From positions 223,257 through 287,256 of the forward strand of contig DF236994.1 of assembly GCA_000708835.1 (NCBI GenBank): a stretch of DNA of 64,000 nucleotides. Reading direction: 5' to 3'. Every line of letters starts with the position of its first letter. Positions within the stretch are counted from its first letter, which is position 1. The position numbers and the translations under genes are program-made. Under the pieces are notes generated by a model. That model did not search any database and was not told the origin of the DNA. It was given only the letters and a program-made list of their open reading frames with translations. Of the stretch, positions 1 through 10,671 are shown piece after piece. The DNA comes from Klebsormidium nitens (lineage: Eukaryota; Plantae; Klebsormidiophyceae).

Positions 1-3000
1 GTGTGTTTGAACGCAATTGAAATGATTCTGCAGTGCAAAAAGGTTGCGGCAGCTCAGTCTGCCTACAAACAGGTGAGAAATCCATTAGGTACTCAATATC
101 GCAGACGGACGTCGAATGAAGGATGAAAGCTTGCGGGTTGGATCTGCTTATCTGCGCTTACGGTTAGATCCAGCAAAACCTATGGTTTGTGCCTGTAGAA
201 ACTTCTTTACTTGTCGGCAAGTCGTTTCAACGACGGGACGTTCGTTGCGGATACTTGTTTTGCTGTGAGGTGGCTGCGAAGGACAATCTATTCCGGTCGA
301 GTGAGTACTTTACCACGTGCTTCGACTAAAGTTGGACTCCTTCCTTTGCAGTTACTGAAGCGCTTTCCGTCTGACACTCAACTGCCGGTCAGGATCGTCG
401 AAAAGCTCCTGGCAACCTCGGTCGACGACAATCTTGAAGTCGCCCTGGACATATGCGCCGATGTCGCCGAGGCGGCGGAACTTGCGCATGAGCACGGGAA
501 ACCGGTGGACGCCAAGGCAATGAGTGCTCTTCATGCTCTTCTCTGGAACCGGGGCGCTTCCATCTTTTCAAGCAAGAAGGACTACAAAGTCAGCTTGAGC
601 CTCTTCGAATCCGCGCTGCTCTTCTTATCCCCCGATAACAAGAACAGGGGCAAATCGATGAGAGTGCTCGCGCTGTGCCACATGGGGCTTCAGGAGTTTG
701 ATCGGGCCCTCGAGTATCTCACTCAAGCAGACAAGGTGAGACAAAGATCCACTGCATTCGCAGCGTCAAGTTTGTAAAACAGGATTCTTTCAGGCAGGAA
801 CAGGACTTTGGGGCGTGCGTCAATGTGCAGAGAAGCAGCATTTGATGCGGAACATGGTCTTGCAATAAGATAAGTCACAACGTTGGTACAAGGTACTCGA
901 TCGTGTTATCCTCCCAAAGTGGATGCAGAGATCTCAGATATCTTGCATGCACTTGAGGCCCGCTCCGCAATTGTAGATGTAATAAGGGGCTACGAACCCT
1001 ATGGATTCGACACCACTGAGTTGGCTTTTGTTGCAGACGGAGCCCGGCATTTCAGCGTCTGCTGTTCTACAGTTCAAGATTGCCGTTCAGCAGAAAGACG
1101 AGAAAAGAGCTGCAGAGATCGTGGAAAAGATAATGTCATGCCGCGACTTCGAGGCCGACTATCTCAAGTAAGTTCTCAATCTTAGCCTTTTCTGATTGAT
1201 CCGTTCAGAAGCTGAGGATAGGTGACCTCGTAGAAAGTTAGAAGAGAATTGATTTACGGGCTTAAGATGGCTATTGGCTCCAAGCGCGTCTGATTCGAAT
1301 TCTCAACTCATGGAGCGGCGCTACTTTCTCGACTCTGATTGACTTCTCAGGTCGACGCATCTTTACCATATCCAAGTATCCGCTACTCAATGTGGATGAT
1401 CTACGGATATGAACATTTCTTACCATCGTTCCTTACAGGCTGCTGTCTCACGAGGCGACTTTCTGCGGTTACACGTCGGTGGCTGTCTCCGCTCTCTCGC
1501 ACCTTCTGGATCTGTCTCTTGAAAAGAAGGACGTGCAAGAAAAGGAAGCCATATTGCTGCGAAATCTGATCAAACTCACTGGCGACGAGACCCCAGGCGA
1601 CTTCACCAGAACGATTCAGCCCTACGAGAAAGCGAAGGAAAGGCTCGACACTTTGGGAAAGGAGGTCTTCTTCGGCGGCGGCACGGTCGGAGACAAAGAA
1701 GTCAAGTGGTTCGCCGGATCGGCTTGGAACAGCGGGCTTCAGGCGGCGAGAACAGGAGACTGGCCCCTCTGCGCGCGTCTTTTCGCTTGCGCTTCGGCCT
1801 TCTACGAGCAACTTCCGGACCCGAGTCTCGAAGATCTTCAAGCCGTAAAGCTGAGCCACCTTCTGGGAGCTACCGCAGCATTGCAGCTTTCGGAAAGTCT
1901 GTCTGCGGAGGAGCTGAAAGCCGTCGAAGCGAAGTTGGAGAAATGCAGATCGGTGAGAGATCTTGCTTGCAAAGCTGGGCAACCGAGTGCGTGTATTCCA
2001 GCATGCCGATAGATGCTTCAACTTCCACACTGCAATAAATGCGTGGCATGATGCGCATGGTGAAGGACAACGAACAATAGATAACTTTGAGTCAGTCCGG
2101 TCTTCTGACAGGTGCTCACTGAAGTCTCGAAACGGACCGAATCATCTTCCAGTTCGGACGACGGAACCGAACTGCAGTACAAGTGAGATTTGAAACCCCC
2201 TGCGCTTCTTACTGCGTTTTACAGTCTTTGTTGTCGCAGTTGCTGGGAAGGCGTCTCTGCTCTGCTTTTGCCTTGACTATCTGTTGTCAGCCCGATTTTA
2301 CAACATCTTTCTCCTCACACACACTCGCGAGACCTCACACACACTCGCGAGATTTCCCCGCCTTCGTCTTACCAGCCTCCTAAGCTTCACCCTCAAAGGC
2401 CGGCAGAAGGACTACAAGGCCCAGATCGACATCCTGGCGCGCGTCCAAAGCGTTCCCGGCGCGACAGCTCAGCATCTCTTTCAGATGGGCCTGCAAGCAG
2501 CAGATACGCCGGGCGCCGAGAGCCTCGACGTGGCGATGGCCGCCCTGCGCGCGAGCCTGCAGATGGTCATGCGCGCGCCGATGCCGGACTACGCGCTTGC
2601 CAGCGCCATCAATAGGAAGCTCATCAACCTCGCCGACCTGAAGTGCAAAGATGGCCCAGAGGTCTTCGCCACGTACAAGGTAACAGAAACATTTCGAGTC
2701 CAGCATTTTGATAGGTCTCCTGGTTTCTGGTGCTAACAGCAGGAGGTTCGGGAATATCTAATTTCAGGCCACTCAGCAGCGACTAGACCACGGGCGCCAT
2801 TTAGAAATCTCATTGCAGCGCGTCAATGAATGAAACGAGTATCTCATCGAACTCGAGAGCAACCTGCCGTGTGTTGCTTCCTTTACCATGGAGCTTTGCT
2901 AGGTACGGAGCAAAGGTGGTGGAGCTGACGGTTCCCTTAACACCGGTCCGAAGCAGGAAAACAGTTTTTGTGGGTGTTGTGACCCTTGCCTTCTCGACCT

Positions 3001-3258
3001 TTGCAGGAAGTCAACCAGCTCCTTGTGGGCCTCTCTGCTGGGCAGTATCCCAAAGACGAAGTCAGCTGGCTAGTCTCGACTGCTTGGAACCGGGCTGCAT
3101 TTCATGTAAGATTCTCGCACAGCACAGAGGCTGAGAAGTGGATGAGGGTTGCCCTGAGTCTGCTCCAGCATGCCCCACAGATGGAGAATAAGAGGCAAAT
3201 GATGACGAGCGCGTTGGATGATCTTTTGAGTAGTCGGAAGGCTGACATCGAAGAGTAA
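1..3258 (+). CDS. ZIP4: ZIP4/SPO22/TEX11-family meiotic TPR protein, 5' end outside the window. Exons approx. <1-72, 352-735 (possibly extended from 199), 1037-1167, 1439-1952, 2112-2182, 2376-2679, 3007-3258
   Basis: Spliced translation contains HALLWNRGASIF..KDYKVSLSLFESAL, KSMRVLALCHMGLQEFDRALEYL, FKIAVQ..IMSCRDFEADYLKLLSHEA and YPKDEVSWLVSTAWNRAA, matching recalled plant ZIP4 motifs. GT-AG sites and phases are consistent. The exon structure at 73-351 is uncertain. Confidence 0.88.
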
Positions 3259-4136
3259 ACGACAAGAGCAGTTTGAGAAAACAATGTTTGCAGGCTGCAA
3301 TCAAAGGATCGGCCGTTTTCTGGTCTTTCGCCTTCTCGTATGAGCAATATTCGTGCTCTGAATGAAAATAGGTTTGATGGTGTACTACATCGACGGGCCG
3401 CTGCTTTTTTTGCTACATGTTGCGAACGTAGGACCCGGCAATGCTGCGTACTTCAGTGATATCCAATGATCTTCCGCACTGATTTGTGAATCTGACAAGC
3501 ATGCTCAGTGTGGCCAGCGTCATTAACGTCAAGGACGATGTTCGTAGTATAGTTTAAATTATTATTGCAAAAAATGAGAAATACACCATGAGTGCACAGC
3601 TTGTAATATACTCGGGCCGTATATCAACCTGCCTTTACTACGGAATCTGACCGGATCGGTCACTCATTCCGGCGCCGCTTACTCTAGAGAGCTGTATACT
3701 GAGCCAAACTATCACATCGATCGGACCAGGGTACGTTAGAAGCTCATTGCCCCATGCACCGACGGTGCGGGCCCCGCACATGAACGCGTTGCAGGTCCGG
3801 CTGTGAAAGCCTTGGTTTACAATGGCGGCACCATGCGGTATATGGGCTCAGATCCAAAGACACTGCCATGATCATCCTCCTCTAGCGAGTCGTGTCACGC
3901 AATGCAGAGCCGATCGGTGTCCTGATTATCTTCCTGGCGTTGGAAAGGAATATGCAATCATGATGAAAGGTAAGGCCTGCACAGTTGCAACTATTGGATA
4001 GCCAGAGCCCTATAGTCCCCGATCAAGCATGGCTTCCATGGTCGCGTACAGCTTTTATTTTGAGTAAAAAATCGAAATGACTGCGGCAATGCGCCAGCTG
4101 ACGGTTAAGACGTGGACAATATCTACAGAGGACCAA

Positions 4137-7100
4137 TCATAACTTCAATTGGGCTATGGCTTCCGGCTTGAAGTCCACCCGCAAACCAAGCACTCTCCGC
4201 ACTTCCGCTGGGGTCAGCCGCCACGTCATCGGCCCCGAGTTCTCGCCCCAGTAATCCAGGATCTCGCTCACTTTCTCGAGGTTCAGAATTGTGGCCATCT
4301 GCGTCAGACGCGCAAACTTGTCTCGGACCGTCCGCTGCGTCATCCCCGAGAAGTGCCCGACCAGCGTCCGAGCGTCCCGATCTAGTTGCAGCCCCCCGAG
4401 TTGATTGAACCGCTTTTGCGTCATGATGACCTCTATCCTCTTCACTATATACTCGATAATCAAGTGTACCAACGAATCGTAGTTATTGGTGGTTAACAGC
4501 GGCTGTAACCACGTCACGTTCTGCTCCACCGCCACCAACAAACTCTGCACCCACGGGTCGTGAATCTCGTTCTCGGCGTACTGCGCCTCGGTTAGCTCGT
4601 AACCCACGGCGTTAACCGCGTCCAGGAGCGGCCGGAACCGCGGGCTGATGCTGTTGGCCAGGCCCTCTAGGCTCGAGACCGCCATCGCCTTGAGCGCCGC
4701 TGCTGTTTCGCCCAGATCGTTGAGAACGGTTTTGATCTTCTCACGGTCGGCAGGGGCAGAGAACATCTGCACGGTAAGTCGTCGCTCAGATAAGGAAGAT
4801 AAAGGTCTGCCGACGGGACGCAGTAAGTTGCATGCACACGTCGGATTGTCGAGCGCCAAGGGCGACGATTCGGACCTTCCAACAAAAGATTCTTGTTGTG
4901 TCCTCCGTTCTGTGAACTTTGCGAAGCGCTGGTCCAGACGTCTTCTGTGCAGGCTTCTGAATTATCCTTCCTCTTGAGTCATAACTCAGAGCTGTGATAT
5001 TGATTCAAGAGCACTCAAGGTGAACACGTACCGAGAAACGGCTCCGTGGTGATTACAAGGGTGCATCCGGCATCATAGACGCCGAATTCCTTCTCTTGCC
5101 TTCCAGCTCGAGCGACTGGGGACAGTTTCACGAGAGTTCCGCGAAGGAGCGAATCAGTCGCAGTAGGAACGAGACACGGAGAACACGATAGATAAGGCTA
5201 GCTGAGAAAAGCAGCCAAGCGAAAGCAAACAGCGATCACAGTGTCAAATCCAACAAACCGGGGACCTTGGGAGCGGAGACGAGCCCCCACCTCTGCGCAA
5301 AACTCGTCGAGCTCGTTCCGCAGCTTCTGGACGTACTCCGCGCTGACGTCGACGTTGTTGAGCGCGGTCGCGATCTCGGCGCCGCTCTTGGGCGCCGCGG
5401 CCGCGCCCGCGAAGAGCTTGGCCGCGAGCGCGGGCTCGCGCGTCTTGCGGTGCAGCGCCTCCTTGTACTCGTTGCCCAGCAGGTTGTTGGCCGTGTTGAG
5501 GCAGTAACACACGCACTGGACGCTGCCTGCGGGGCCCGGTGTGAATGGGGTTGGAAAGCGCAGCAGGAGTGCGATTGGGGGTTCAGATCGACGGTTATGA
5601 ACGGTGCTGACGGGATGGGAGCACCGAAGGTCTCTCCGAAAGTAAGAGAGAAACAGAACGCGGAAATGAGAGCGGAGAAAAAGAAGCAATTTGAGACCCA
5701 GGGTGTCGGATTGGACAAGCGGGAGAGCTGTTTCGTTCAAAGAGGTTCGGTTCAAGACAGAATCCTCTCGATTGCTCCGATAGGTTCCCTCAAATGTCGC
5801 TCAGCCCTTCTGTGAAAGTACAATTCGCGCCAGGGGACAACCGGGCCAGCCCCTTTCTACCTGCTGCAATCACGGCATAATCACAGAACCACCACAGAAT
5901 AACCAAAGACTAACCGCAGACTAATCATAGAAAATCACAGACTAACCGTAGTTCACACGCAGACCAACCCAGCGCAAAACGAACTTCGCCCCCCCCAATG
6001 CTCACCTGTTGAGATGGCCCGCCGCGCGCAGTTCTGCAGGATGTAGAAAACGTCATCCACCATGGATGTCGTCAGCGCGTCCTCCACGAACTCGTCGATG
6101 CGCACCGCCTTGCTGACGTTCTCACTCATAAAGTACTCTTCCAACGTCATGTAGTAGCCCAGCAGCTCTTGGACCGCCCGGCTGAACGCCCCGGTCTTGA
6201 AGGCGTCCACTTCGCCGGGGCTCAGCTGCGCGCCACCAGCCTCGGCTTCCCGGATCTTGGCGATCATGAACTGGGGGAGAAGGAAAGGGTCTCGGGAACT
6301 TGGGAGTTTTGCGGAGATTAATCACCTGGCAATCATTGCTCGTGCCTTCGCGCAGGCTGGACAAGGCTGGCGTTCAAGTCGTTCATTACACACGCGATTG
6401 CGAGAGTGAGATAGCAAAGCCCTTCCGTCGAGTCGCGAATCGGTTTACGGCAACTTTTCTGCCAACAGTCACAGCGTTTCCTCGGTAACCAGTCCACAAT
6501 TGAATCATTCCTCGTGAAGCTGCAGCTAAACTGCCCAAGGATCAGCCCGAAGACCATCTTAAGGCAATCACCGACGCTCAACCTACCTGGGAGTACTCCT
6601 CGCTCCGTTGTGTCAACAACAGCATCTCCTCCAAATACACCTCCACCTCCCGGGGGTCCACTCCCTCCGCCGTTCCAACGCCCCCGGAAGGCTTTGCGGT
6701 GACGTCCTTGGCGTGGCGCGCCAGTTTTCGGTACTCCGAGTACTGGCGCAGTATCTGAGCGCCACGTGTCTCGCATTCGTCCTGCAGCTCGCGGACGACG
6801 TACGGGACGGCGTCCTCGCCGAAGGACGTTCGCAGCAGCTCCTCGTTTTCCTCAATCGTCAGTGCGATGTCCTGCGGGTTAGAAGTCGGTTCTGATTGAC
6901 TGGAGTGTCTGGTTGATCGGGGGAATGATAGGGAAGAGATGGAGGTGGTTTAGGCTGCCCTACTGGCCTGCTGCAAAAATTTTTGAAATTTTTGCATGAT
7001 TACAAATAAGGCGCCAAGAAGGAAGATAATGGATATTTTGTGAGGGAGGCCTCTGTAATTTCTGATTCGAGCCACACGGAGCAATGCTGCTTTTCCTGTG

Positions 7101-10100
7101 CGGTCACGGCGTCAAGCCGGCAGCGACGCCAAAGCACAAGTGGTCTCCGTCCGAGCTTCATGCCGTTCGATTGGAAGTGCAATTGCGATTGCAGAAGGCT
7201 ACTATAGAAACAAGTACGTGAACGAACGAACCTTGAAGAGCTCCGTCAGCACTCCGACGAAGTCGGGACCGGCGCCCTTTTCGATCACATTTGAGAAGTT
7301 CAACCGAGGCTTCTCAGCGGTTCGATTGGAGGCGCACTGGCGGGCGCAGAAATGCATTAAATCAAGTTCGTGAGGGCTAACGAACCTTGAAGAGCTCCGT
7401 CAGCACTCCGACAAAGTCCGGACCCGCGCCTTTGACTGCGGGCCGGTCCATGGCCAGTACGAGCGCCTCGATGCTCTCCTTGGCGGAGGCGGAGACTTGG
7501 CCCCGCAGATACGCTGTGAATGTTCGGAGGCCCTCCTCTTGCAACTGCGACGGTGATTAAAAACTTCGCTCAGACTTCGTTTCACTTGAGTTCCTTGAGG
7601 CGACCCGTAACCTGGCGGCGAAGGATTGGCCCTACAGATGCGCCACGAGAATGCACAGGCCCTCCTCTTCGCCGCTCTAAAGATGCGCCGCGAACTTTTA
7701 CAGGCCCTCCTCTTGCAACTTCAACCAGGTGTCGCAAAATCGATCAAAACTCGTTTCGTTCAAAGACGTGCGAACTGCGTCTCGGTTCCTTGGGGCGACC
7801 CAAAACCTTTGGCTGCGCAGGAAGGCCGTGAACGTTTGGAGGCCCTCCTCTTGCAAATGCACGGGGTTTGTTAGAAGATCCGGTTACTCTGACAATTATG
7901 AACGAAGCATCAACCTGGTTTGTTCCGTGGGCGCCGATGTATACAGATTATTATAACGTGCGTGCTTCCTTGGAAGTGCCAACTAGGAACATGCGCAAAG
8001 GCGGACTGCAAAACACCGAGCCTCGCCGTTGAGGAGTTTTACGTTCGAGCCCACTACTTCTGTCGCTCAGAGGGGGGAGTCTGCCGCGACCAGTCCAATA
8101 TTTTGTCAGATCTGATTGCAAGCGTGCCAGGTGTGTATAAGGTCAATCGCAATGAGTGATGCGTGTTGTTTGTGGGCCAATCAGATTTCAACGAGCGTTT
8201 TGATGGGACTAAAGAATTCCTGCCCGTATGACTCAGAGCAGAGATCCTGCTTACCTGCAGTGGGGGGTACAGCTTTGCGAAGCGCACGACCTGTTCGTGG
8301 TCTTTGCTCTCCACCGCCTGCGCAAACTTGCTCCGGATAACCTCTTCTAGCTGCTGCTTCGACTGCATCAGCTGCTCCACCTGCGAAAAAGTTCATATCG
8401 CTTCAGATCGTATGAATGTCAGGAAAAGAGGAACTTTGATAGAAGTACAGCAGGAGGAGCGCTGAGGATCTTTAAGAAAGGCAAGCTGGCAGAGCTTTCC
8501 AAGGAGAAACGGTAGCATACATACCCCCGTTCTCGGGAGTTTGTGCAGAAGCCAGCAGTAGTTGATGCCAGGATCTGCTGAAGCGCTCTTGTATAGAAGG
8601 GGTTGTAAAAGACAACTCTCCCTCAACCTGAAACAAAAGTCGGACTTGAACCCAAATACATATGTCTAGATCCACGCACCTGCTCTCTCGCTGTCTCCGC
8701 CGAGTTCTCCTGCACCGCCGCATCATGGTACGCCCCATCGAGCTCCAAAAACGTCTCCACATACTTGGCCGCCGCCTCGTAGTCCTCGCCCTCGAGTGCC
8801 GTCTTCACGCCCTCTATGCAACTGGTGCGATCCACGATGGCGTTGATGCGCGTGATCGCGTCTTGCACCCGGGATTGCGCCATGTCTAGTTCCCGGACCT
8901 TTCCGCTCACGTGCTCTGCGAGGCTGCACGTGCTGCGCACGCTGGCGGCCATTTGGTCTGAGTCTGCTCGGACGAGCTCGAGCACCTGGGGGAGGATGAT
9001 AAGGTATTGGGGATTGGGATAGGGTATGAGAAGGTGGTGCACTTAGAGCCTGTTGTGACGGGAGGGGCAAGAAGAAGGCCAGACTAAAAGAATAGGTCGT
9101 CGCTTTTTGCCCCTAACTTGTCGGGTCTCGTTGACTGGACTGATCGGTTGAAGCCAACGAGGCAGGATTTGATGAGGCTGACCACCTGCCTCTTACCGTC
9201 CTTAGAGCGGCTACAGAGGAGATTCACAAGGCCTTGGAATGCAGCTCCCATTGGTGACCAGCAACGAGCGACCAGACCCGTGGACCATGACCAGAGTGGG
9301 GGCTTTGGTCAGAAGAATCCGTGGGCGCTTTGTTGCAAAGCAAATACATCACCATTTAAAACGATACAATGTGGCGTTCCTTGACTGAATGAAAGTGCTG
9401 AGATCCCCTCCAACGAGGTCCGGAAGCACTCCTTCGTCAGGCCAGGATCGAGACGTTACAGGCACAATGAAGATTGATTTCACACAATTCGACGAGGAAC
9501 CGTTTGCTTGCACTGCTGACTGATGACCTTGCTGCGACTTGTGGACTCCCCAGTGGTGGCAATTCCCACCATCAAACAACCTATCAGAGGAGAAGTAGTG
9601 ACTGTACCTCAGCTGATTTGTGCAGGCTGCTGAGTTTCCTCTCCAGCTCCTGTCGTTGCCCCAGCAGGACTTCCAACTCCTTGTCAATCTCCCGCTCCTG
9701 GGCAATCGTCTCATGCAGTAGCCGGGTCATAGCGCCAACATCTGCAGGATACATCGCACCGCCTCATACAGCTCTCCTTTGCAACCATCAGAAAGAATAC
9801 TCGAACCCAAAACATCTTTTCCAGTTGGCTGTTTGGCACACATTGTGAGTTCAGATTGTATGGATGATCATCAGTCATGTCACCACTTCTCAGAAGTCAC
9901 AGCAATCATGCTGCAGGCTTGAAAAAGCTGGTGATGGCTCTCCAAAAGCCATTACAATCTCGTGCAATGAGAATGCAGGAATATGTCACACCGCATTCGC
10001 CGATGAAGAATCGAGGCCCACCCGTCAGACCCTTGATCTTGTCCAGCATGCTTTGCTGTCCATCGTGGCCCGAAACCCCATTGGTAAGGACTGGCAGCCC

Positions 10101-10103
10101 CAT
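4137..10103 (-). CDS. COG4: Conserved oligomeric Golgi complex subunit 4. Exons 10103-10022, 9741-9608, 8985-8680, 8380-8255, 7544-7386, 6871-6587, 6270-6006, 5526-5291, approx. 4767-4137
   Basis: Motifs LTDVGAMTRLLHE, VSGKVRELDMAQSRV, DPREVEVYLEE, LTTSMVDDVFYILQ, IATALNNVDVS and C-terminal ENSGPMTWRLTPAEVRRVLGLRVDFKPEAIAQLKL closely match recalled plant COG4. Junctions checked are GT-AG and in phase. Confidence 0.96.
7225..7277 (-). repeat. Intronic copy of the 3' end and donor site of COG4 exon 7544-7386
   Basis: AACGAACCTTGAAGAGCTCCGTCAGCACTCCGAC occurs at both approx. 7225 and 7379. Confidence 0.92.
7545..7870 (-). repeat. Three degenerate intronic copies of the 5' part of COG4 exon 7544-7386
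   Basis: GGCCCTCCTCTT(GCAA) recurs at approx. 7658, 7703 and 7841, as in the true exon at 7529. TTCCTTG(A/G)GGCGACCC recurs at approx. 7592 and 7786. Confidence 0.88.
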
Positions 10104-10671
10104 TGCTGAATTCAATGCAAATAAATAATTTCAGCGTTGTCCACCAAAATGCGGCCCTCGACAGAAGCTGAAAGTCGATCAGATGGATTCCAAAGGACAC
10201 GATGGCGATGGAACTAAGATCTGAAGGGAAGGACCTGTTGGTTGCTGCCAGACCCTTCAAGAAGCCAAGCAAACAGCACTTGCCACCGGCTTGCTTAATT
10301 GCTAACTGGCTCGTTGTTTGATGGATTGCCTGCAAAGCAATGCAGTGCATGATGCAGGGTCACATGCTTGTTGTGTGCGTGCATCCCTGCCGTAGAAAGT
10401 ACCTTTTATTATCGGACGGTTCATGTATATGAGCAATCTTGTAATCGGCCGGCTGATGTTGCCTTGTCGCCATCGACGGTCTCAGCTTATGCTGGTCCGC
10501 TGGAGACAAGGGAGCCCCCACCACAACTTTCAAATGCACCTGCTCAACATCAGATGCAGTGGTGGTGCACAAGGACGCCAGGACAGTTCGATGCTCTGTT
10601 GCCCACATTGGTGTTTGCTTTAGCGCGTCGAAAGCTTCAGAGGGGCTCAGAAGGAGACTCTTTGTGGCAAG

